From Orbicella franksi (taxonomy: Eukaryota): a stretch of 64,000 nt of DNA. Below are positions 12,101-22,637 of the stretch, piece by piece. Each line of letters starts with the position of its first letter. Within the stretch, counting starts at the first letter, position 1. Where the stretch lies: the NCBI GenBank assembly GCA_964199315.1, contig OZ116712.1, positions 6,014,001-6,078,000 on the forward strand, in the 5' to 3' direction. The notes beneath the pieces were generated by a model that ran no database searches, was not told the origin of the DNA, and saw only the letters and a list, made by a program, of their open reading frames with translations. A program made the translations under genes and the position numbers.

Positions 12101-14910
12101 AAGGGAGCCTGTTCATAGAGTAATAGAAAAATGATTTCTGCACTAAATCTTCAACAAACCGTCTTTGGGTGCGTGAAATTGTTAAACTCAAAACTCCTCA
12201 ATTTGTACCTGCGATTTGTTGTCTTTCTTTGCTTGTTTGTGTGTTTGTTTGCTTTTTTGCTCCATGTAATTTAGATTAGTCAGTCAGTCAGCTGCTTTCC
12301 TTTTACTTATAGGTGCGCTCTTTAGACAAAGAAAAGATTGTCGAATCTCGAGTCCAGATAAAGGACCTTGTGGACCATCTTCAAGGGAAGCTCTCCACAA
12401 GGCCTGAAACCGCTGAGTCCTCTGCACCCCTTAGTAACAAAGGAACAGGGACACAGAGCGGTAACGAGCCAACTTCTACGTTTGCCCCAGAAATGAAGGT
12501 CTCGTTTAAAACACAGGAGAAGATGGCGTGGAACACTAAGAAGAGATACGAGAGTTTAATGATGTCCAGGATAAAACCTTCCCTGACTCACATCAATGCA
12601 AAAAGCGCCGTTGAAGTGATCGGGGTTAGTATAAAACCGTTTTAATTTATTCAGTTCTGTTCGTTTGTCATAACGTTTTGATCTACCACTGCTACCAGCA
12701 ATTCAAGCTCTTTAAAGTCTGGTTTAATCTAATCCACTGCATTAGAGTAGCCAGGTGATTTACAGAGGTGAAAAACTACGATTCTCAGTTGAGTTAGGCA
12801 TGACGGAAGTTCAAACGTTAAAATTGTGTTGTTGGGCACGGGCAACTGGCTCCGTTGCCAGTGGCAACTTATCGGCGTTTGACGTCGTTAGCAACAAAGC
12901 GACGCACGGCTGTTGATATTGTTACCATTGGAAACGAGGAAAGTTACCCGTGACAACAACGTAATTTTAAGGCCTTCGTCACCACAGCTCCGTCGCGCCT
13001 TACTCAACTGATAATCGTAGTGTACCGCGCGCTCGCCGGCAGTCTCTGCCAAAGTTTCAACTTTCCGAAATGCGCCAGTTTCAAGCCATAGGTGAGGACA
13101 ATAGCTAACCGTCAATGCCGGGCAGCTTTGTACAGTATATGCATAGAGGATTTGATAATCGTTACCCATCTTGTGTCCTAGCCCATTATTTGCTTTCGCA
13201 CGCCTCTTTTTGGAACGTTTTCTCGTATAATTCTTCCGCATTTTCCGACTCTTTCGTAGTTGTTTTAAACTTAGTGGAGTCATATCGTTATCAAAAAAAC
13301 AAGATACAATACCATTCTATTCTAAAATACAAAGAACGATATACAAAGGTGAAACAGCGCGATTCATTTGCATCTGCTACTCATAGAAAGACACGTGATC
13401 CGAGACAAATTTTACGTGGTCCTTGTAATTTCATTTTTGTCCAGCTTACGTCCATCCTCTCCATCGCAAGTCCGCGCCACCTTTTGATGAATTCAGGTCG
13501 TTTGCCGCAGACTCCTCTACAAACTGTAATAATTGTTTTCGATTATTTTTCGATCCAGGTGTGCGTTTTAGCTTGGTAGCTGGAGGTTTGGCACCCACCT
13601 AGTTCGCAGCCACATCGACTTGACTCGATCGAGTTCGCTCCTACGTCAGTATCTGACTTCCGCATCTTGAATCATTCCATATCCTGTTTTTATTATTAAA
13701 GAATATCCAACTATCTATGTGAATGGATGTTCGTTGGGATGTTCAAGTCAAGCATGTGATGTAACCGGTCGCTTCGACTAACTCAGACTTGCAAACGAAG
13801 CGAACTCACACTTTGAATTCGAACATGAAAATTAAGCCATGAAATAACTTGTTATTCATACTTGCAATAAAAAAGTTTTTAAGACATTTCATACCTCCAG
13901 CCTACCGCTATTTGGATTTGTTCTCGGTAGCCCCGAGTTCAACTCCTCGACCGCGTTGTGTAAATAACCAACTGGTCGGCCTCCTACCAGTTGGGATTCT
14001 TAATAATTTGTGTTCTATTTGCGATATTTGGTTACAGTGTCTTCAATTAGCACAACAGTGCTAAATACATTTGACACTTAAATAAAGTTATTACTTACCA
14101 AGCGTAAAAGCCGTCAATCTTTCAAGGTCGACCGATCGATCAGCAGGCTTTGTTTAACTTTATTACTGGACGTATCCTAACCTAACCTAACCTAACCTAT
14201 CCTATCCTATCCTATCCTATCCTATCCTACCCTAGCCTATCCTATCCTACCCTACCCTACCCTATNNNNNNNNNNNNNNNNNNNNNNNNNNNNNNNNNNN
14301 NNNNNNNNNNNNNNNNNNNNNNNNNNNNNNNNNNNNNNNNNNNNNNNNNNNNNNNNNNNNNNNNNNNNNNNNNNNNNNNNNNNNNNNNNNNNNNNNNNNN
14401 NNNNNNNNNNNNNNNNNNNNNNNNNNNNNNNNNNNNNNNNNNNNNNNNNNNNNNNNNNNNNNNNGGAGCATTTTAAATTTTTGATCGAAGACAAAATTTG
14501 GGAGCGAACTTGAAAAATCAAAAAAGGTAGGGGTGAACTTGAAATTGAAAGTTTATGATGAGTTTAGATGAGGTGCAAACTTGGAAGGTGCGAACTCGGC
14601 TGGGTGCGAAACAGTTAGCTTCTCAAAAACAAGATAAAAACACTAGCCTTTTTTCTCTAACCTTGTTTCTTTTGTTCTTTAGGTTGACCTACCAGGTTCT
14701 GTTCTACGCAGCATGGCAGCTATTCTGGATCTGGATTCTAACGAAGATGCCTTTGACGCGAGCGTGGCAACTATTGCTGACAAAAACCCTCGCTACAAGA
14801 AATACATTGGACGTGTTTGCGATGATATCAGGGATTTGAAAGTGTCTAAGAAAGTACCAGTTGTTTTTGTGTACAGTGTAAAAGATGAAATGTTTAAAAT
14901 CTTTTTCTAA
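192..14910 (+). CDS. EIF2AK4: eIF2-alpha kinase GCN2, 5'-partial (RWD domain lies upstream of the window); 15 exons
   Basis: Exons with GT-AG boundaries and matching phases: 192-486 (acceptor least certain), 954-1120, 2415-2528, 3172-3321, 3473-3537, 3921-4035, 4794-4894, 5351-5639, 6115-6248, 6705-7095, 8641-8853, 9263-9628, 10298-11827, 12313-12624, 14683-14910 (TAA). Encodes a pseudokinase (YLHGKAVVHKDLR), an eIF2a kinase (FEELQFLGKGGFGNV, YLYIQMEYCEKSTL, IIHRDLKPVN, IGDFGLA, GKVGTALYVAPE) with an acidic insert, a HisRS-like domain (AAGGRYDKL, AVGVSIAIEKI) and a C-terminal domain. This is the diagnostic GCN2 domain order. Confidence 0.96.
1594..1959 (+). mobile_element. MITE / non-autonomous DNA transposon, TAGGG...CCCTA family
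   Basis: Imperfect terminal inverted repeats tagggaggttaagaaaacctcgacggc / gccgtcgtggtttcttaaggtcccta. Homologous copies at 33442-34035 and 34190-34521. Lies in GCN2 intron 2. Confidence 0.75.
4903..5000. repeat. (TTCG)n microsatellite
   Basis: Near-perfect TTCG run directly after the GCN2 exon 7 donor. Confidence 0.95.
5150..5290. repeat. 15-bp tandem repeat (ccactcgaacccagg, about 5 copies) followed by tttccatcgcgtctcc-like repeats
   Basis: Read directly from the sequence. It explains the spurious GSSGL/RPLEP repeat ORFs. Confidence 0.8.
5699..5932 (-). mobile_element. TTAA-flanked MITE (Kolobok-like termini), copy A
   Basis: Termini ttaaAGGAGCTcagtcac...gtgacatAGCTCCTttga. Body is homologous to copies at 7823, 8866, 27842, 38248 and 41607. 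TTAA target with purine-purine starts is the Kolobok pattern (established); the assignment is inference. Confidence 0.75.
7362..7654 (-). mobile_element. RTE-type non-LTR retrotransposon fragment (5' region plus start of the APE endonuclease)
   Basis: Minus-strand translation QIRIGNWNVRTMYTAGKSTQVARVMNQMKI matches the N-terminus of RTE APE domains. Preceded by ggtcctccaggttgggggttggg. Flanked by the 13-bp direct repeat ccaagttgacaaa. Confidence 0.75.
7823..8047 (+). mobile_element. TTAA-flanked MITE, copy B
   Basis: ttaaaggagctatatcacag...cgtgactgagcttctttga; homologous to copy A. Confidence 0.75.
8866..9090 (+). mobile_element. TTAA-flanked MITE, copy C
   Basis: ttcaaggagccacgtaacag...taactgagcttctttaa; starts 12 nt after the GCN2 exon 11 donor. 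Confidence 0.75.
9823..10112. repeat. 106-bp tandem repeat, about 2.7 nearly identical copies
   Basis: aagtctgtggatgaaaccc starts at 9825, 9931 and 10037. Confidence 0.93.
12775..13021. mobile_element. Inverted-repeat element (MITE-like) in the last GCN2 intron
   Basis: About 34-bp imperfect inverted arms: actacgattctcagttgagttaggcatgacggaa / ctccgtcgcgccttactcaactgataatcgtagt. Confidence 0.6.
13896..14097 (+). mobile_element. SINE-like repeat, 3' portion (family 1)
   Basis: ggatttgttctcggtagccccgagttcaactcctcg...ccagttgggattctt...aaataaagtt. A diverged inverted copy lies at about 34036-34165. Confidence 0.55.
14176..14265. repeat. (CCTAA)/(CCTAT)/(CCTAC) pentanucleotide microsatellite abutting the gap
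   Basis: Read directly from the sequence; runs into the N block. Confidence 0.9.
14266..14464. other. Assembly gap (N run)
   Basis: 199 consecutive N inside the last GCN2 intron. Confidence 0.99.
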
Positions 14911-15630
14911 AGGAAAGGGTATTTTTGTAGATATTTGTAGTCATTAATTAAGTCAAAAGGTCGTGTTCTTTGAGTCACACAACTCTTCAAGGTGCATGTG
15001 ACCAGTTTTTCCGTGTACAGTACAGGTAAGGAAGATTTTTGTAAGAGTCTTCGTAGTCGGTTATTGGGTTACATGAGATTGTCCAGTCACATACCATTTG
15101 CTACAATTAAGTCTTTGTAGTCGTAATTAGGTCACACCAGATTGCCTGGTCCCACTACGTTTACTAAGATCGGGTTCTTTGAGTCACACAACTCTTCCAG
15201 GTGCATGTAACATGTTGTTCTGTATCAGTGTAAAATACGAAATGTTTATAATCTTTTTCTAAGGGAAGGAACATTTTTTTTGTAAGAGCCTTCGTTGTCG
15301 TTTTTTAGGCAATGCAAGATTGTCTGGTCACACAATGCTCATTAAGGTCGTATTCTTTGAGTCACACAACTCTCGTAGGTGCATGTAACCAGTTGCACAT
15401 GTTCTGTATACACTGTAAAGCACAAAATGTTTTAAATGTTTTTCTAAGGAAAGGAATGTTTTTGTAAGAGTCTTCATAGTCGTTAATTAGGTCACATGAG
15501 ATTGTCTGGTCACACAATGCTTTCTGGGGTCTTTCTTTGGGCACACATCTCTCCTAAGTGAATGTAAACAGTTGTCTTTGAGTAGAATTTTAAAGATGAA
15601 ATGTTTAAAATCCTTTTCTAGGGGAAGAAA
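14855..15630 (+). repeat. Degenerate tandem array (about 180-bp unit) covering the GCN2 stop codon and 3' UTR
   Basis: ttctttgagtcacacaactct recurs at about 14966, 15176 and 15354, and degenerately at about 15533. The stop-codon block gaaatgtttaaaatctttttctaa recurs at about 15238, 15425 and 15597. Confidence 0.8.
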
Positions 15631-16347
15631 TATGATATTTTAGTCTTTCTCATGTAGGAGTCACTGAAGTCGTTTTTTGGGTCTTTTGTGACATTCCCTG
15701 GATAGATAGAAACTTTATTAAGAATGTCATCAACCACCTAGCTGGGGAAAAACTCCCCTACTAATACGGGGACATAACAAAAACGAGTTAAATTAGAAGA
15801 AAATACTAAAAAAAAAAAAAAAAAACCTATAGCTATTGTGGGTCACACAATACTTATTAAGTCACATTATTTGGGTCACACTCAAATAAAAGACTCTTTA
15901 AATGTTTGTAACTAAAGATTAATATATAACTAAGGCAAATGTTGTCATATTCTTACTTGTATTTTTGCGTAGCAAAAAAAAAAAAAGAAAATAAATTCTG
16001 CAAAGTAGTATCCTTCCGCTGTGGCAATTTCTGAAGCAATTCATTGTTATCCACAGGAGATCAAAATAAAGAACAGTAATTTTCAGCAACAGATAGTAAG
16101 CTGCCATCAATTACAAGGCAAAGGAGAAGTGCCTGTTTTCTCCTTGCTCAATTCTTCCCGCTTGAGAACTGTCCAAGATGAGGACATAGGTCCACCGGGA
16201 TCCATGTAGAGGAGTCTGATTTGTTTTGCTCAGTTTTGAATTTTCACATGGAAATAGCATCCAATCAGACACTGGATCGACCTCCTTCCCATGGCACTAG
16301 GTTGTGGGAGCCAACCCCAAATTTCCCTTACCCCAATGAAGAAGGCA

Positions 16348-16560
16348 CAGTCTCCATACAGGCCAAACGGCCAATCAGGTTAGCACTTATCCCGGTTTCA
16401 GTAGCATGAAGCAACTAGGAATATTTCTACTGCCCCCAGGATGGGATGCTAGTCTTGTCTTGCCCAAGAAGAAATCACAATGTCCCCAGCCAGGGCTTGA
16501 ACCCAGACCACTTTCAGATTCAATTCAGATTCAAGCGAATTGAACATGAGGCCATCGCCC
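16348..16560 (-). mobile_element. tRNA-derived SINE-like repeat (family 2), internally deleted
   Basis: Minus strand has an A-box-like tggcctcatgtt, a B-box-like gggttcaagccc, a cttgggcaagaca segment and a 3' catgctactgaaaccgggataag. The 3' half recurs at about 32605-32780. Confidence 0.6.
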
Positions 16561-17321
16561 TTTCCAAAACCAGCCCTCAAGGCCATTTCATTTGTTTATT
16601 TATTTATTTATCCATATAGCTTTTTACATCATTCACATTGGGTGTAATTTGTTCCTGCAAAACCATTAATGGAGTGAATCCTTCTGCTATTGCTAAAATA
16701 ATATTAGGGAGAAAATTACCCTCAATGGCCCACTTTGAATTAAAATATATTACAGATAAATTTTCACAGGCAAAATTATATGATTATTTACCTTTTAACA
16801 AATCACAGCACAGGGCTGTTGAGCAAAGGCCCTTCTTTTCAGGCTGGAACATTAAAAAAGATTTTGAGAAAACTTCAAGTACCCCCTCCCTACCCCTCTC
16901 ATATGCTGTCAAATTTCCCACCCCAATGTACTTATTGACAATGTCACTCAACCAACAATTTTTCGCGTTTTTCACACATTTTGTAAAACTTAGCATGTTC
17001 AGTGTCATATATTTTCATAAGTTTGCAGCATATTCTTACGAAACCCCGTATATCTACCAACTTCCGCATGACCAATCGAGCGGCGAGGTTTAAGTTTCGT
17101 TTGAATGAAAAAATCTGAATAGCGTGACATCGTCATAACGGCCCTTAGCAGCCACCCCCTCGGGGCTATTTCGATTCGCCAAATGCTTATAAAACTACCT
17201 ACGAAAATTCATTTTACAAAATTGTCAAAAGCGTTGGAAAAACTTGTTCTAGTATGTTTCAAAATTACTTTAGTAAAGCCCAAGTCATGGGTATACTATG
17301 TAACGTCATACAATTACTCTA

Positions 17322-18008
17322 TCAATTATTGTCTTCATCTTCTTTCAATGTAGTTATCGTTGCAATAGCGCCAAACATGTAGGTCGGGACAACGTTTTTG
17401 TTGGTCACAGTTATTTCCCATGTCGAATACAACTGGAATGCTGGTCTTTCGATGACTCCCAACGTTGAATCAGTCTTAGAATCTTTCAACTTGATCGTTT
17501 TGCCGAACTCCAATCGGAAACGATCAGTGCGGGCAATTTCGTCGCCATCGGAATTTTTGATGACATAAACCTCTTTGGTAATTCCTGAACCGCTCCAACT
17601 GTATTCGATCCTGTAACTAGTCGAGTTGGTTTTCCACTGTTCTTCAATATCGTACTTGTCTGTCCAACTCCAAATCTTCTTCTTAATCACAACCGCTATC
17701 TCTTCGTCCTCGTTCAACATGTACACACTCCAGGTACAGGAGACACATTTTCTTGCGTGACCGATTTCATCTCCGCTAGGAGTCAAATACAGCATGTCTT
17801 TGTAGATATCGATACCTTTGGGTCTTCGGGCGCGATACTCAGTTGGCAGCTCCCATTTCTCCGTGGCGTATGGCAGATTTTTCTCGGCTTGGTACTTCTT
17901 GACGTTCAAGCCTATAGCAAGACCGACAATCAATATCACGATAGCCACAACAACGCCGATTACAACTCTCGTTTTGCTGCAAACGAAGCATTTGTCAGCC
18001 AGACCCAT
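17322..18008 (-). CDS. Membrane-anchored LURP-one/tubby-C/scramblase-like protein, 228 aa, intronless CDS
   Basis: First ATG at 18008 (the track's 18026 start is GTG). N-terminal TM segment VVIGVVVAIVILIVGLAIGL, then beta-strand-rich repeats (IAVVIKKKIWSWTDKYDIE, YVIKNSDGDEIART, LGVIERP) and a terminal hydrophobic helix VPTYMFGAIATITTL. The fold call is inference from pattern. Confidence 0.75.
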   Translation of the reverse strand: MGLADKCFVCSKTRVVIGVVVAIVILIVGLAIGLNVKKYQAEKNLPYATEKWELPTEYRARRPKGIDIYKDMLYLTPSGDEIGHARKCVSCTWSVYMLNEDEEIAVVIKKKIWSWTDKYDIEEQWKTNSTSYRIEYSWSGSGITKEVYVIKNSDGDEIARTDRFRLEFGKTIKLKDSKTDSTLGVIERPAFQLYSTWEITVTNKNVVPTYMFGAIATITTLKEDEDNN

Positions 18009-19125
18009 GATTTCACTAAAATCCACGAAAAATAATTAAAGAAACTTCCGTGCCTTTATAAATTTCACAGTTATTTTCCAATCTACGTCATTAAAGAACG
18101 TTGAAAACCCGCCTGTGCCAGCCACAATTGCAAACTCGGTACCAGGGTCTTATCTCTTCCTCCTTGTGACGATAATTTTCCTGTCGTAAGGCCAAACTAA
18201 CATCTTCTTCTTCTTTTTTGGAGCGAAGGAAACTTGTATCGCCAAACACACACGGGCGATAAAAATAGACCTTTTGGTCCAATTACCTTAATACCTTTTA
18301 TCTTATTCTGAAGAAATCAAAAGATATATTTTTCTTTCGAGAGAATTTCTCGAGCTTATTGAAGTTGAATAGGCCATTGCTGAATTACCTTGTTCCTCTG
18401 TTTCAAAACGAGTCTTCAAGCGAAACCTTTCCGGTATGAAAATGAGTTGATTTGCATGAAAATGAACCTATAGGACGAAAGACTTAAATATGAATGGTTT
18501 CGCACGAATGTACCAGGGGCGAGAGAACATACATTTCTTTGAAAAAATTGCCAAGTGGGAATCCCATATTTTTATGAGTTTGCAACGGTTTCTAACGGAG
18601 GTTCGCATATTTTCTAAATTCTGCATGATAAATCGAGCGGTGAGGTTTATTTTTTGTTTGAACGGAAAATGGAGAAATCCTGGTTGAAACCGTCCGCCAC
18701 GCACTTCCGGTCTCTAGACCTGAATCACGCAATTTAAAAATAGGATATACTGTCACACAATGAAACTGTCACACAATATGACTGGACCTTGAACATCACA
18801 CACATCATTCAGTTTTAAAATCATGTTTTTATTTACCATTACTAGGTAAAAAATAAATTCTTGATTATGCAAACAAAACGCGTTACATCCTTTTCTAAAA
18901 ATAAACTTATGAAAGGTACATAAATGTGATATATCTCACTGTGGTGCAAATACAATGACAACAAACCGGCCGGAATCAAATTAATAAAGAATGCTGAATT
19001 TTAAATGTTCAGTGTCTATTTGAAATTTGCGCCAAGTAAGTGTGATTTTGTTCTCTTTTTACGAGTACGGTCTTTCGAGCCTGATAAATTATTTTTTTTC
19101 GTCTAAAATTGCCTGCTCAGCCCCG

Positions 19126-20049
19126 TTAATCAAATTTGTTTTCGTACAGCTTCATGGATTTTTTGGACATCCCTTCTTCCAGTTCCAGCTGTAACTCTTT
19201 CTGCAGCACTCTTCTTCCGTGTTGTGTCAAATTCTCGTCTTGAAAAGTGCGGAATACGAAATCGCCATCGATAACTTCACGGGCTCGTTTAAGTTGATGT
19301 AAAAGATGACCTTCGTAAAGCTTTGGATCACTAGTGTAAACGGTCACACACCAGTGCATGCAATTTACTCTTCGCGACAATACCCCGAAGCTGACTGATC
19401 TTGGACAATCACCATCGCTACATTTCTCGACGGCAAAGTACAGATCCCTTTCTTGCTGCAAGTAATCGATATTTGTTCGTGAAGGCTCGATAGGGAAAAA
19501 ATCCAGGATGATCACGTTGTCTGGGAACAATTTCTGTGCCCCAGAGCTAGAGAAAATAACATCGCATAGATATTCTTTCGTGCAAGCTTCGATCTGGATG
19601 GATTTTGTACTTGTGGAAAAGTGATGCAATTGAAGAGCGGTCTTCTTTATGACGCAAGAACTCAAAATGTCCAACTGCGCAAGTTTGGTCACAGAAGGAT
19701 AATTCTCTAAACTTGTGAATCGTTCGCGACACACGCTCGGATAATGTCTTCGTACGAACTCGTTCATTGCTTGTGATAGCTGACTAAAAATACCTTGTCC
19801 GCGAAACTCCGGCAAAGTCCGTCCTGCTCGGCGGATGGATGTCCGTTCGTCATCGACAACGGAACTCGCAACCAAACCCACGAGCTTGTCGCCAGAATGA
19901 GCGAGCATAACAGCAACTTTGTCCATCGTCATCCACGTATGGTATGTCGGTGGAAGATAGTCGTGTCCATGGTAGATGCCTTCTGACAATTTCAGGATTT
20001 CGTCGAAGTCAGTCGGTCTGGCGAGACGAAAAGTCAGCTCTAGGTTCAT
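19126..20049 (-). CDS. NAT16/histidine N-acetyltransferase-like GNAT, paralogue A (307 aa)
   Basis: Uninterrupted ATG-TAA ORF. LTFRLARPTDFDEILKLSEGIYHGHDYLP resembles the NAT16/HISAT N-terminus; acetyl-CoA motif A is EFRGQGI. Confidence 0.85.
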   Translation of the reverse strand: MNLELTFRLARPTDFDEILKLSEGIYHGHDYLPPTYHTWMTMDKVAVMLAHSGDKLVGLVASSVVDDERTSIRRAGRTLPEFRGQGIFSQLSQAMNEFVRRHYPSVCRERFTSLENYPSVTKLAQLDILSSCVIKKTALQLHHFSTSTKSIQIEACTKEYLCDVIFSSSGAQKLFPDNVIILDFFPIEPSRTNIDYLQQERDLYFAVEKCSDGDCPRSVSFGVLSRRVNCMHWCVTVYTSDPKLYEGHLLHQLKRAREVIDGDFVFRTFQDENLTQHGRRVLQKELQLELEEGMSKKSMKLYENKFD

Positions 20050-21961
20050 AATCGACTATATTCTCACACGCTTCGCAAACTTCACAAGTTTTGAAGATCG
20101 CAGTGCTTGTCTTCTGTGCACTAAAATTACTAAACGTGCGGCACTCCTGAAAGCTTACCGAAACCTAATTTGATTGTCTTACAACCTTCTCTAGACATTT
20201 GCTTTGATCACAGCTTACATGTTCTGATGACATCGGCTGAACAAGCACGCACTTCCGATTTCTATTATTCCGAGTTGCCCTGAATCGCGCAACTAAAAAT
20301 ATGATATATTGTCACACAATTACATGTAAACTGTCACATAATATTACTGGAAGTTTCACGTTAACATCAAAAACAACAATTCATTAAGGTGTTTCCATAA
20401 CAATACATGGTATTACATATTTAAACTAAAGAAAATATAATAACATTGAAAAGGAAAATCAACAGTTTGTCGACATACATTATACAGTAGTACAAAACTT
20501 TTGCATTAATTAGCTGCTTACGTCAGACGCTCTTTGGGTTTAACTCGATACTATTGAGTTAAACAAGTAACATCAGCACTAAGCTGGTCGTCTGTCCTCT
20601 CAAAATTATAGCTACAGCTGTGGCAGTTTCTGTAATGAATTATTTTAAAGGGAGGGTTTCACGGCTCGGCGCATGTGCAAACTACAACATTACATGATAT
20701 TAATTATTCAGTTTCATTGTTTATAAAACAATCGGAAGCATGCGAATGACACTTGGGGAAAATTTCATGGTCAGTCGCGAAAACATGGCGATATAGGTGA
20801 GATTTCTCATTAGAATTCCTTTGGCATGTTCCGACCCCACGCATAAAGTACATTTTCGTTTTCGTATCAACAAGCTATATTTCAGAAATTACAGATTATA
20901 GTTTGTTGAAAGCGTAATGATAGCCTTTGAGTAGCTACACGGTTACACGAAGGCTAGCAGAACGACTGGTGTCCGAATTTTACGGAAGATATAAACGGAT
21001 TTAGACAGAAAATGGCGAATTTAAAATTGAACATCGAACATTGTTGTACGGGCCGAACCAGGGACCCGACGAACGGGTTATGTACTCACATCTGATTGGT
21101 TTATAGACAATGGAATTGGGTGGGGCTACGTCACAGTTTGCACATGCGTCGAACCGTGAAACTGTCCTTTAAAGTGAATAATCTACTACCCTGGGTCCCA
21201 GAGGGTTTTTTTTGTTGTTGTTTTTGTTGTTGTTGTTTTGTTTTGTTTTGTTTTCGTGGCGATCGTTCAATGTCTTCCCAGTAATTTTGACGTCTTTGCT
21301 GCTTACAGCTTGCAGCCAAGTCCACACCATCCGAAAATTGAACAAGATACCCGTTTATCGTAATACACAATCGAGCCCTTTTTCCAACCCAGATACTTGA
21401 ACAACTCTCAGCGTAAGTAGCAAGCGTTCCGGTACGAAGAGCATTTTTTTCACATCCTCGCCGCGCGCAAGTTACAGCGAGAGCAAAAAAAAAAAAAAAA
21501 AAAAAAAAAGGCAGGGTGTGATGCGGCAGGGAGACTTGAGAATGTGGAGATTAGGGTTTGTCTTTGATCACTTTGCCCAATAAATCCTTTTCCTCCTTAT
21601 CTTATATGTTTCATCAAGAGAAAATGCTGTTCCTCATTTTCTCTTTTCTCTTGGTTTCATATATTATAAACCAGACACATTTTTCAATTGTTGCGGCCCT
21701 TTCCGCATGCGCCAGCCGGCGCTATGGGGAAGAGTGAGTGATTTTTTTAATTATGACATTTTATTCAGTTGTACACGTCTGTTTTTTTTTTTTTTTTTTT
21801 TTTTTCTTTTTTTTTTTTTTAACTCATGGACAGAAACAAAAATGAAGGTGATGCAGACCTTCAAAGTAACCGTTGAGCCAAAAAAGAGTCGGAACATGCA
21901 CATTGGGTTCTGGTTCATACTTAATTCACCCCTCAAAAAGCTCCAAGGCTAGGGCGGATAC

Positions 21962-22111
21962 CAGTGGCCGATCTAGGGCCCCCTCCCCCCGCCTCCCTCC
22001 CTTATTTTGGGTAAAAAAAGAAAAAATCACAGAGGGAAGAAAAGCTGGCAGGGCAAGCAAAACAAAACCCTGGCCCCAGGCCCCCTTAGCTAAAGGTCTG
22101 GATCCGCCCCT
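21962..22111. mobile_element. MITE (cagtggccgatc...gatccgcccctg) nested in another short repeat
   Basis: Imperfect TIRs; the element splits the motif gcggatac|aggattttgaa. Confidence 0.5.
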
Positions 22112-22251
22112 GCATACAGGATTTTGAAGAGGGGTTCGATACAGGTATCGCACTAAGACGGTCCCCTTTAAGGGGGTTCTGGGGACATCCAATCCCCGCA
22201 AAAATTTTAAACTTGAGGACCGAACCGCCCGCCCTACCGAACCGGATCATT

Positions 22252-22437
22252 TCAGGCGGGATCATTTTGGGATCGATTTGGGGATCATTTCGGGGTCGAT
22301 TTGGGGATCATTTCAGGGTTGGGGCCATTTCGGGGTCGATTTGGGGATCATTTCAAGGTTGGGGCCATTTGGGGGTCGATTTAGGGATCATTTCGGGGTC
22401 GATTTGGGGATCATTTCAGGGTTGAGGATCATTTCGG
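22252..22437. repeat. About 23-bp degenerate tandem repeat (gggatcatttcggggtcgattt)
   Basis: Read directly from the sequence; explains the GSIWG repeat ORF. Confidence 0.85.
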
Positions 22438-22637
22438 GAGCTGAGCGGTCTTGAACATATTTTACTCTGAAGCAAGCTTAGTTATTCAACTTCACTTACT
22501 GAAAACAGGCTTACTCAAGCAAGACGAATTTTAATGCTCTAGCCCTGAACACGCAAACTCTCACATCCGTCAACTCTTGGGCAAAAACGCGCTTATACCG
22601 TCTTACTTCATCACCTGCTCAAAAGCCGCCAGGGCAA

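Noticed and set aside
14176-14200. (CCTAA)n as a telomeric repeat
   Set aside because: Only about 4 units, grading into CCTAT/CCTAC, and intronic. TTAGG is the arthropod motif, not the ancestral metazoan TTAGGG.
14266-14464. Missing GCN2 exon hidden in the gap
   Set aside because: The flanking exons join in phase 0 and give a continuous AVEVIG|VDLPGSVL, as expected for the GCN2 C-terminal domain.
16348-16560. tRNA gene
   Set aside because: A/B-box-like motifs are present but there is no cloverleaf, and it continues into a repeated SINE-like body.
16638-17093. 151-aa ORF (TTG start) and its antisense partner
   Set aside because: AT-rich, no recognisable motifs or credible splice context; probably a chance ORF in the intergenic or 3' region.
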